DNA from: Gemmatales bacterium
Lineage (GTDB): Bacteria; Planctomycetota; Planctomycetia; Gemmatales; HRBIN36
Reading direction: 5' to 3'
Assembly (NCBI GenBank): GCA_025055835.1
Contig: JANWWR010000006.1
Span: 1-57,119 of the forward strand
Length of the DNA stretch: 57,119 nt
Positions 41,061-48,521 of the stretch are shown one piece after another (the stretch's first letter is position 1; every line of letters begins with the position of its first letter). A program made the translations under genes and the position numbers. The notes beneath the pieces were generated by a model. That model did not search any database. It saw only the letters and a list, made by a program, of their open reading frames with translations, and had not been told where the DNA came from.

Positions 41061-42572
41061 TCAGGAGGCCGCGTCCAGTCGGCGACGCAGTTCGGCGGCG
41101 ACCCGTTGCGGATCCTCGGAGGCGCAGACGGCATGACCTACCGCGATGCGTCGCACGCCGCAGGCCAGGACCTGATCGACATTGTCCAACGTGATTCCGC
41201 CGATGGCGAAAGCGGGTATCGATGTGCTGGATGCCGCGCAGCGAACGTAGTCCAGCCCTGCGAAGGCGTCGAAGTTCTTGGTCTTGCTTGGAAACGTGGG
41301 ACCGACGCCGACGTAATCCGCCCCATCCAGAATGGCTTGCCGCAGCTGTTCGGGATTGTGCGTGCTGACGCCGACGAGCATTTCCGGGCCAACGATCCGC
41401 CGTACTTCCTTGATCGGCAGATCCTCCTGGCCCACATGAACGCCGTCGGCCTCGCAGAGCCGGGCCAGATCGGGCCGGTCGTTGACGATGAACAATGCCC
41501 CAGCTTGTCGAGTCCAGTCGCGAATCTGTCGGGCACGGGCCAGCCATTCCCGGTCCGGCAGATTCTTTTCCCGCAATTGGATGACCTGTGCTCCTCCGGC
41601 CAAGGCTTCCCGGACAGTCCATTCCATGGAACCGGCACAGGTCGCCACGCTGACGAGAACGTACAGGCGAACGTCAGCCAGGCGTTCTCGCGCTTCACGA
41701 CATGCCAGCAGGGCTTTTTCCAAGATATAGGCCCGATAGCGAAGCGCCTCCAAGGAGCGTCCGAGATTCGGATCGTGCAATTTGCCGTACTCTTCCAACG
41801 ACCGCAGCGATTCCTGGAGCCGCTTGCACGCGGCCTGCACCACGGCGGTCAGGGAAGTGCGACGCTCCTCCGAAGGCACGGTCAGTGTGGTGCCGACGTC
41901 GTGAAGCGTGTCGCGGGCGGCAAGGAGGATACGCACAGGCAAGACCGAGAGCGCCTCCGCCAGATCATGGCGAAGCGATTTCAGTTCGCCGCTCAAGAAG
42001 GCGTCGTCGAGGACGAAACGGCAATAGTCTTCCAGAGTTCTTAAGGCTTCCCTGGCCCGATTGGCGTTGGCGTCCAGGATGCGGGCTGAGTCCACTTGCT
42101 CCGTCGGCTCGAGCAGCGCAAGGGGTTCTTCGAGGCGAAGCGGTTCGGGTCGCAATTGTGCTTCGATGCGGCTGAGGCTCAGCCCCGCGGTTTCCAGTCG
42201 AGTTCGCAAAGAAGCGTCTTCGCGGAGGACGGCCAGGAAAAGATGTTCCGTGGCGACAACGCTTTCGCCGCATAGTTCCCGAGCGACACGTCGGGCGGCA
42301 AATGCCAAAGTGGCCGCGGCACCTCGGCCGGTCGGCGGGGGAAGGTCGCTGGGCACCGCGCCAATGTCTGCCAGGGACAGGCCGGCCAGGCGAGTGACGT
42401 GCCCCGGTTCCAAGCCCTGTTCCCGAATCAAGCCGGCGGGCCTACCCTCTTCTTCCAGCAGCAAGGCTGCGAGGACGTGGCGAGCTTCCGCTTCGCTCAG
42501 CCCCTGACCACGGGCTAGATGCTCGGCCGCTGCCAAGGCTCGGGCGACTGCCAAGGTCATCTCAGGAAGCAT
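41061..42572 (-). CDS. thiE: Thiamine-phosphate synthase fused to ClpN repeat and ThiD2-like domains
   Basis: ClpN-like ARHVLAALL and TEHLFLAVL; RILDANANRAREALRTLED / RLQESLRSLEE; IQLREK, NDRPD, HVGQED, STH, GPTFPSKTK and AIGGI motifs. Confidence 0.9.
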   Translation of the reverse strand: MLPEMTLAVARALAAAEHLARGQGLSEAEARHVLAALLLEEEGRPAGLIREQGLEPGHVTRLAGLSLADIGAVPSDLPPPTGRGAAATLAFAARRVARELCGESVVATEHLFLAVLREDASLRTRLETAGLSLSRIEAQLRPEPLRLEEPLALLEPTEQVDSARILDANANRAREALRTLEDYCRFVLDDAFLSGELKSLRHDLAEALSVLPVRILLAARDTLHDVGTTLTVPSEERRTSLTAVVQAACKRLQESLRSLEEYGKLHDPNLGRSLEALRYRAYILEKALLACREARERLADVRLYVLVSVATCAGSMEWTVREALAGGAQVIQLREKNLPDREWLARARQIRDWTRQAGALFIVNDRPDLARLCEADGVHVGQEDLPIKEVRRIVGPEMLVGVSTHNPEQLRQAILDGADYVGVGPTFPSKTKNFDAFAGLDYVRCAASSTSIPAFAIGGITLDNVDQVLACGVRRIAVGHAVCASEDPQRVAAELRRRLDAAS

Positions 42573-43137
42573 GGCCGACCTCCCGGCCCAGGGCGGACTC
42601 GATCTGCCGAAGGCGCAGGGCGAATTCCGCGTCGTTCAGGACGGGTCGAGCTTCGGCATCGGAAAGATCGCTGGCGAGTTGGACCCAGCTGCGACAACCT
42701 GCATACTCGGGAAGATCGGGAATGCAGACCGCCTCCGGCACGGCGTACACCCGCAGCACCAGCAGATGAAGGCCCGGCTGGCGATAATGGAAGCGCTGAC
42801 GGATCGTGGCTTCGGTCCAGAAATGGCACGGGGCCAGTCGCAACACAGTCTGTTCGTCGTCGAGCCACTGGGAATGCACGATCTCTGCCAACAGTTGAAT
42901 CGGTACGTTGCCATCGTCGCGCCGTTCCCGTCGGACCAGATCCAAGACGGGTTGCGCAGCGGGAACGACGCCCTGTTCCTGCTGGTGCAGCCAGGTCGGA
43001 AATAGCCAGAAACGCTGCGGACCGGAAGCCAGACCCTCGGGTTGATCGGCTAATCCGCCTTTGCGGAGCAGAAGTGTCTGCCAGCCTCGCTCCAGCAGCC
43101 GACAGATAACCGCCCATTCTTTGAGAGCCTGACGCAT
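42562..43137 (-). CDS. DUF1802 family protein
   Basis: ALKEWAV, QTLLLRKGG, FWLFPTWLHQ and YAGCRSW motifs. Confidence 0.85.
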   Translation of the reverse strand: MRQALKEWAVICRLLERGWQTLLLRKGGLADQPEGLASGPQRFWLFPTWLHQQEQGVVPAAQPVLDLVRRERRDDGNVPIQLLAEIVHSQWLDDEQTVLRLAPCHFWTEATIRQRFHYRQPGLHLLVLRVYAVPEAVCIPDLPEYAGCRSWVQLASDLSDAEARPVLNDAEFALRLRQIESALGREVGHAS

Positions 43138-43222
43138 GGTCCAGTCCGAAAGGCAAATCACTGAATAGCCCCACGGTCAATTTAGGAAGCCTTTGGCCGT
43201 GTTGGAAACTGGCCAGGAGGGA

Positions 43223-43846
43223 TCATGACGCCTTACGCAGGCAAAGGTGATAATGGCACAGGGCGGCGGCGAGAGCGTCGGCCACGTCTGGCGGATCGGG
43301 TAGATAACCGAGGCCTAGTTCCTGGACCATCGTCCTCTGGATTTCGTCCTTTTTCGCCCGACCGCTGCCCGCGATTACCTTTTTAATCTGCGTCGCTGTG
43401 TAACTGAGACAGGGCACCTCGCGTCGAGCTGCGGCAAGGAGAAGCACTCCCCGGGCATGAGCCATCAGGACGGCTGTTCGGGGATGGGCGTAGTGAGCAA
43501 ACAGCTCTTCGACGACAAGGATGGTTGGCTGAAACTGTTGCATCACTTCGTCCAGGCCATCGTGTAAAGAACGGAGCCGATCAGGGAGGGTTCTGCCTGC
43601 GGAGCGAAGGATGCCGGCTTCGAGGAGGGAGGGAATTGGAGGGGTGAGGGCGTCTGCTTGATTGACCGGAAGGCTAACGCCTTCCGCTCGCCTTACCGGA
43701 AGGCTGACGCCTTCCGCTCGCCTTGCCAGAAGGCTAACGCCTTCCGCTCGCTTTACCGGAAGGCTAACGCCTTCCGCTCGCGGGGAGCATTCGAGAATGG
43801 CGTAGCCGGTGATGTGCAGGCCGGGGTCGAGTCCCAGAATCCGCAC
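43223..43846 (-). CDS. ruvC: Holliday junction resolvase RuvC with in-frame repeat insertion
   Basis: RILGLDPG...TGY, VVEELF, MAHARG, IKK..GSGRAKK and PDVADALA motifs; GTG start. Confidence 0.92.
   Translation of the reverse strand: MRILGLDPGLHITGYAILECSPRAEGVSLPVKRAEGVSLLARRAEGVSLPVRRAEGVSLPVNQADALTPPIPSLLEAGILRSAGRTLPDRLRSLHDGLDEVMQQFQPTILVVEELFAHYAHPRTAVLMAHARGVLLLAAARREVPCLSYTATQIKKVIAGSGRAKKDEIQRTMVQELGLGYLPDPPDVADALAAALCHYHLCLRKAS
43665..43781. repeat. Tandem array of four 30-bp palindromic REP-like units inside ruvC
   Basis: Unit ACCGGAAGGCTAACGCCTTCCGCTCGCCTT starts at 43665, 43695, 43725 and 43755; 8-bp stem CGGAAGGC/GCCTTCCG with a 4-nt loop. Confidence 0.95.
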
Positions 43847-43872
43847 CGGTTCAACGTCTGAAAGTCCGTTTT

Positions 43873-45390
43873 TCAGCTTCCCATCCGCCACGTCGTCCCT
43901 CCTGGACGATCCTCCAAGGTGATGCCCAACTCCGCCATGCGTTGCCGGATCATGTCGGCCATCGCGAAGTTCTTGGCCTTGCGGCACTCATTCCGCAGGT
44001 CGATCAGCAACTGGATCAGCGAACCTGCAAGCTTGTCATCGGCAGCTTCCTTGCGGGGTGGCGGTTCCTGGAACAGGCCGAGAATCTGGCTGAGTTCACG
44101 GAGAACGATCACGGCCCGACGGAACTCGGCGACTCTGCTCGGCTCCGCGGCGATTTCCAGCTTCTCTTGATCGGCGAAGCGATTGATGGCGGTCAGCAGT
44201 TCGTACAGCGCCCCAAGTGCCCCGGCCGTGTTGAAATCGTCGTCCATGCACTCCAGGAACCGCTCCCGCAGCCCGGCCACCTCGGTCAGGAACGGTCCTT
44301 GGGCGGCGAACTCGGCCCGTCGCTTCGGAGCCTCCAACTGGTAGAACGATTCACCCGTGATCCGCTGGAACCGCTCGAAAAAGCGGTAAAAGCCGTCCAG
44401 ACCACGTCGCAGTTCGACGAGCCGATCCTCGCTGTATTCGATGGGGCTGCGGTAATGCGTACTCAGAAGCAAAAGCCGCAGCGTCTCCGGCGAGTGCTTC
44501 TCGAACACCTTGCTGACGACGATCTCATTGCCGAGGCTCTTGGACATCTTCTCCAATTCCCCGGCGGCGTTGGGATCGTCCTTGATCTTGCGGCTCTGCG
44601 AGCGGATCTTCATCAGGCCGTTGTGCAGCCAATAGCGGACGAACGGTTTGCCGGTGTACGACTCGGACTGGGCCAGTTCGTTTTCGTGATGAGGAAACTG
44701 GAGATCAAGCCCGCCGCCGTGGATGTCCAGCGTCTCGCCGAGGAGCTTCATGGTCATGGCGGAGCATTCGATGTGCCAGCCGGGCCGCCCCGGTCCCCAC
44801 GGGCTGTCCCAGGACGGCTCGCCGGGCTTGGCCCGCTTCCACAGGGCGAAGTCGCCCTTGAACCGCTTGCGGGCTGCCCCTTCGACGTCCTCCCCCTGCT
44901 CCATCTCCTCGATGCGGCGATTGCACAGCTTCCCGTAGTCTGGGTCCTTGGTCACGTCGAAATAGACATCGCCCTCGGCGACATAGGCGAAACCCTTATC
45001 GATGAGCCCCTGAATGATCCGAATGATGTCGGGAATGTGTTCCGTGGCTCGGGGAAAGTAGTCGATGCTGGTCACGCCGAGCTTTTTGAGGTTTTCTTTG
45101 TAATCGGCCTCGACTTCCCGGGCGATTTCCTGCCAGGTTCGGTTCTGCTTGCGTGCTTCGTTGATGATTTTGTCGTCGATGTCGGTGATGTTGACCACGA
45201 AGGTAACCTGGTAGCCAAGATACGTCAGATAGCGCTTGATCGTGTCGAAGATTACCGGGCCGACCATGTGACCGACGTGGCTCGGCTTGTACACCGTCGG
45301 TCCGCAGACGTACATGCCGACCTTGCCGGGAACGACCGGCTGGAAGACTTCCTTCTGACGGGTCAGGGTGTTGGAGACGCGTAGAGTCAT
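43873..45390 (-). CDS. cysS: Cysteine--tRNA ligase
   Basis: CGPTVY..HVGH, DFALWK, GRPGWHIECS, FPHHENE and KMSKS motifs. Confidence 0.97.
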   Translation of the reverse strand: MTLRVSNTLTRQKEVFQPVVPGKVGMYVCGPTVYKPSHVGHMVGPVIFDTIKRYLTYLGYQVTFVVNITDIDDKIINEARKQNRTWQEIAREVEADYKENLKKLGVTSIDYFPRATEHIPDIIRIIQGLIDKGFAYVAEGDVYFDVTKDPDYGKLCNRRIEEMEQGEDVEGAARKRFKGDFALWKRAKPGEPSWDSPWGPGRPGWHIECSAMTMKLLGETLDIHGGGLDLQFPHHENELAQSESYTGKPFVRYWLHNGLMKIRSQSRKIKDDPNAAGELEKMSKSLGNEIVVSKVFEKHSPETLRLLLLSTHYRSPIEYSEDRLVELRRGLDGFYRFFERFQRITGESFYQLEAPKRRAEFAAQGPFLTEVAGLRERFLECMDDDFNTAGALGALYELLTAINRFADQEKLEIAAEPSRVAEFRRAVIVLRELSQILGLFQEPPPRKEAADDKLAGSLIQLLIDLRNECRKAKNFAMADMIRQRMAELGITLEDRPGGTTWRMGS

Positions 45391-45905
45391 AGGCTTTTCC
45401 CGCTTGGCGGGGCTGCATGGTTCCGAGGAGCGATCAGGACGACGGCCTGACAAGCAATGGCTTCCTTGCGGCCAATATGGCCGACGCTCTCCCCGGTCTT
45501 CGCCTTCACGTTGACCGCTTCGGGGGGCAGTCCGAGCAGTCCGGCCAGGTTGTGCCGCATCCGGTCCTTGATCGGCCCCAGCTTGGGTTCCTCGGCGAAG
45601 ATGATGACATCGAGATTGACCGGGCGGAAGCCCAGTTTTTCGAGCCGGTCCAAAGTGGAGCGAACGAAGAGGGAGGACTCGGCGTCCCGCCAGCGTGGAT
45701 CGGTATCGGGAAAGGCATCGCCGATGTCGCCCAGCCCGGCAGCCCCCAGCAGGGCATCGGTGACGGCGTGCAGCACGACGTCGGCGTCGCTATGGCCGGA
45801 CAGGCCGCGGTCGTGCTCGATCCGTACTCCGGCCAGGATCAGCGGCCGACCAGCCACCAACCGATGGGTGTCATGCCCGATGCCTACGCGGATTCCCGGT
45901 TCCAC
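45387..45905 (-). CDS. ispF: 2-C-methyl-D-erythritol 2,4-cyclodiphosphate synthase
   Basis: GIGHDTH, GHSDADVVLHA, GDIG..FPDTD and NVKAKTGE motifs. Confidence 0.96.
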   Translation of the reverse strand: MEPGIRVGIGHDTHRLVAGRPLILAGVRIEHDRGLSGHSDADVVLHAVTDALLGAAGLGDIGDAFPDTDPRWRDAESSLFVRSTLDRLEKLGFRPVNLDVIIFAEEPKLGPIKDRMRHNLAGLLGLPPEAVNVKAKTGESVGHIGRKEAIACQAVVLIAPRNHAAPPSGKSL

Positions 45906-46007
45906 CGTCTGCCTCGCCGTCGCTTCCAGATCGCTTTGCCGCTCCTATTGTAAGATAATGGAACGCAATCAGGAGAAAACCGACTAACGACCATTCAGGA
46001 GCCGTGC

Positions 46008-47042
46008 GTGTCTGCGGGAGCATCGTCTGACCAACTGTCGAAAATCCTGGATCAGTTCAGTGCCAGCCGCCAGCAGATGATGGACCAACTGCGGCGGATT
46101 ATCGTCGGGCAAAGCGAGGTGATTGAGCAGATTTTCGCGGCCATCTTCACCAAGGGCCATTGTCTGCTCGTCGGCGTGCCGGGACTGGCAAAAACGCTCA
46201 TGGTCAGTTCCATCGCCCAGATTCTCGACATCAGTTTCAAGCGCATCCAGTTCACCCCCGACCTGATGCCCAGCGACATCACGGGCACGATGGTCCTGGA
46301 CGAGAACGAGCAGGGCCGACGCGAGTTCCGCTTCGTCCACGGACCTATCTTCGCCAACATCATCCTGGCGGACGAAATCAACCGCACCCCGCCCAAGACC
46401 CAGGCTGCCCTGCTTCAGGCGATGCAGGAGCGGCAGGTCACGGTCGGCCAGACGACGCACAATCTGCCCGAACCGTTCTTCGTCATCGCCACCCAGAACC
46501 CGATTGAACAGGAAGGCACCTATCCCCTCCCGGAAGCTCAACTTGACCGCTTCATGTTTAACATCAAGGTGGACTACCCGACGTTCGAGGAAGAGAAACG
46601 CATCCTGGCGACGACGACTAAGGACGAAGCCCCGGAACTGACCAAGGTGCTCAGTGCCAAGGCGATCATCAATTTGCAGAAGCTGGTACGAAGTGTGCCG
46701 GTGGGAGATTACATGATCGACTACGCCGCTCGGCTGGTGCGGGCCACCCGGCCAAAAAGCCCTGAAGCACCGCCATTCATTCGGCAACTGGTGGACTGGG
46801 GCGCGGGTCCGCGGGCCGGGCAGTACCTCATCCTCGGTGCCAAGGCGATGGCGGCGATGGATGGCCGGTTCAGCGTCTCCATCAAGGACATCAAAAAGGT
46901 TGCCGTGCCCGTGCTCCGCCACCGCATCAGTACCAACTTCCAGGCCCAGGCCGAGGGGAAGACCAGCGACGACCTCATCGAACAACTGCTCAAGGAAGTA
47001 CCCGAACCGGAAGCCGCCAAGTACGAGAAACGCTGGCGGTAA
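46008..47042 (+). CDS. MoxR family AAA+ ATPase (second paralogue)
   Basis: GVPGLAKT, RIQFTPDLMPSD, DEINRTPPKTQ and [14 protein letters not shown] motifs. Confidence 0.95.
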   Translation: MSAGASSDQLSKILDQFSASRQQMMDQLRRIIVGQSEVIEQIFAAIFTKGHCLLVGVPGLAKTLMVSSIAQILDISFKRIQFTPDLMPSDITGTMVLDENEQGRREFRFVHGPIFANIILADEINRTPPKTQAALLQAMQERQVTVGQTTHNLPEPFFVIATQNPIEQEGTYPLPEAQLDRFMFNIKVDYPTFEEEKRILATTTKDEAPELTKVLSAKAIINLQKLVRSVPVGDYMIDYAARLVRATRPKSPEAPPFIRQLVDWGAGPRAGQYLILGAKAMAAMDGRFSVSIKDIKKVAVPVLRHRISTNFQAQAEGKTSDDLIEQLLKEVPEPEAAKYEKRWR

Positions 47043-47068
47043 ATGGACGATGACGGGGCGAATCCGGC

Positions 47069-47521
47069 GTGACGTGGTTCCGGGTGTTTGCCAATTCTGA
47101 AGTTGTCCCGTCTCCGGAGACAATCGCCGAGGGCGTTCGACAAACCTTTCCGCACCTTCGGCTGACTTTCACTGCCGACGAAGAAGGGTGGCTGGAGTGC
47201 GACCTGAGCGATCCGGCCACGGGCAAACATTGGCTGCTTCGGCGATATTCCCGCAAGAGCGACGACATTCGCGGCGAACTCCAAAGCTGGGCGGCGTGGG
47301 TCGAATGGCAGCCTCCCAGTCCACATCAACAGCCGATCATGGAACGGCTCATGACCGCCCAGCAGGTCTTCGTTTTCGGAGCCGATGCCGACCCCGTGAG
47401 CGACCATCTCGGCCTGACCCTTATGCAGTTCCTGGCTGACTGCTGCAACGGGATTTATCAGATCGACGGACGGGGTTTCTATGCTGCCGACGGCCAGCTC
47501 CTGCTCGCCGAGAGCGACTGA
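47069..47521 (+). CDS. Hypothetical protein
   Basis: 150-aa ORF filling the gap in a plus-strand run; GIYQIDGRGFY..DG.LL C-terminus; start uncertain. Confidence 0.65.
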   Translation: MTWFRVFANSEVVPSPETIAEGVRQTFPHLRLTFTADEEGWLECDLSDPATGKHWLLRRYSRKSDDIRGELQSWAAWVEWQPPSPHQQPIMERLMTAQQVFVFGADADPVSDHLGLTLMQFLADCCNGIYQIDGRGFYAADGQLLLAESD

Positions 47522-47540
47522 CCCGGCGTACAATCACAAC

Positions 47541-48521
47541 ATGACGACCGCTGAGAAATACCTGCGTCCCGAAGTCATCCGCCAGGTCAGCCGCCTCGAT
47601 CTGCGGGCCAAGTTCATCGTTGAGGGATTTCTGAGCGGTCTGCATTCCAGTCCCTATCACGGCTTCAGCGTCGAATTCAGCGAGCATCGCAAATATGTCC
47701 CCGGGGACGATCCCAAGGACATCGACTGGAATGTGTACGCCAAGACCGACAAGTATTACGTCAAGAAGTTTGAAGCGGAAACGAACCTGACGAGCTACCT
47801 GGCCGTTGATACCAGCGTCTCGATGGCCTACTCAGTTGAGGATGCCCGGCACCAGCTGCGGGACCATCTGCCGGCGCTTCGGCAATACCTTCGCCATCGC
47901 GCCGCCGAGGAGGAAAGCAAGGAAAACCTGACCAAGTTCGAATACGCCGTCTGCCTCGCCGCCGCGCTCGGCTACTTGATGATCCACCAGCAGGACCCGG
48001 TGGGTCTGGTCGTGTTCGACAAGCAAATCCGCACCAGCCTTCCGCCCAAGAGCAAACGCAGCCAATTGGGCAGCATCCTGGCTGTGCTGGCGAATCTCAA
48101 ACCGAGTCATGAGGAAACGGACGTCGCCGCCTGCCTTCACCAGCTGGCCTCGATGATTCGCACGAAGAGCCTGGTGATCCTGTTCAGTGATCTGCTTGTC
48201 GAACCGGAGCCGGTCATCAGCGGCCTGCACCATCTGCGGCATCGCGGCAACGAGGTGATCGTCTTCCACATCCTCGACGTGACCGAGCACTATTTTCCCT
48301 TTGAGGGCGTAATCGAATTCGAGGACCCGGAGTCGCATCAGATGCTCGTGGTGGATGCCCGGGAAATGCGGGAGTATTACCTGGAAAATCTGGCCGCCGA
48401 TCAGGACAAAATCAAACAGGCTTGCGCCCGGGCGGACATCGACTACGTCACCATTGACACCAGCGTGAGCTTCGATCGGGCCTTGATGAAGTATCTTCTC
48501 AATCGCCAGAAGCGGTTCTGA
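47541..48521 (+). CDS. DUF58 family vWA-like protein
   Basis: GLHSSPYHGFSVEFSEHRKYVPGDD..IDW, VDTSVSM and FSDL motifs. Confidence 0.92.
   Translation: MTTAEKYLRPEVIRQVSRLDLRAKFIVEGFLSGLHSSPYHGFSVEFSEHRKYVPGDDPKDIDWNVYAKTDKYYVKKFEAETNLTSYLAVDTSVSMAYSVEDARHQLRDHLPALRQYLRHRAAEEESKENLTKFEYAVCLAAALGYLMIHQQDPVGLVVFDKQIRTSLPPKSKRSQLGSILAVLANLKPSHEETDVAACLHQLASMIRTKSLVILFSDLLVEPEPVISGLHHLRHRGNEVIVFHILDVTEHYFPFEGVIEFEDPESHQMLVVDAREMREYYLENLAADQDKIKQACARADIDYVTIDTSVSFDRALMKYLLNRQKRF

Noticed and set aside
43665-43781. CRISPR array interpretation of the palindromic 30-bp repeats
   Set aside because: The units abut with only about 3 variable nt, there are no unique spacers or cas genes, and the array lies within a reading frame.
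44540-44615. Insertion before KMSKS in CysRS
   Set aside because: It is a non-repetitive loop extension at a variable position, with no hairpin or mobile-element signature.
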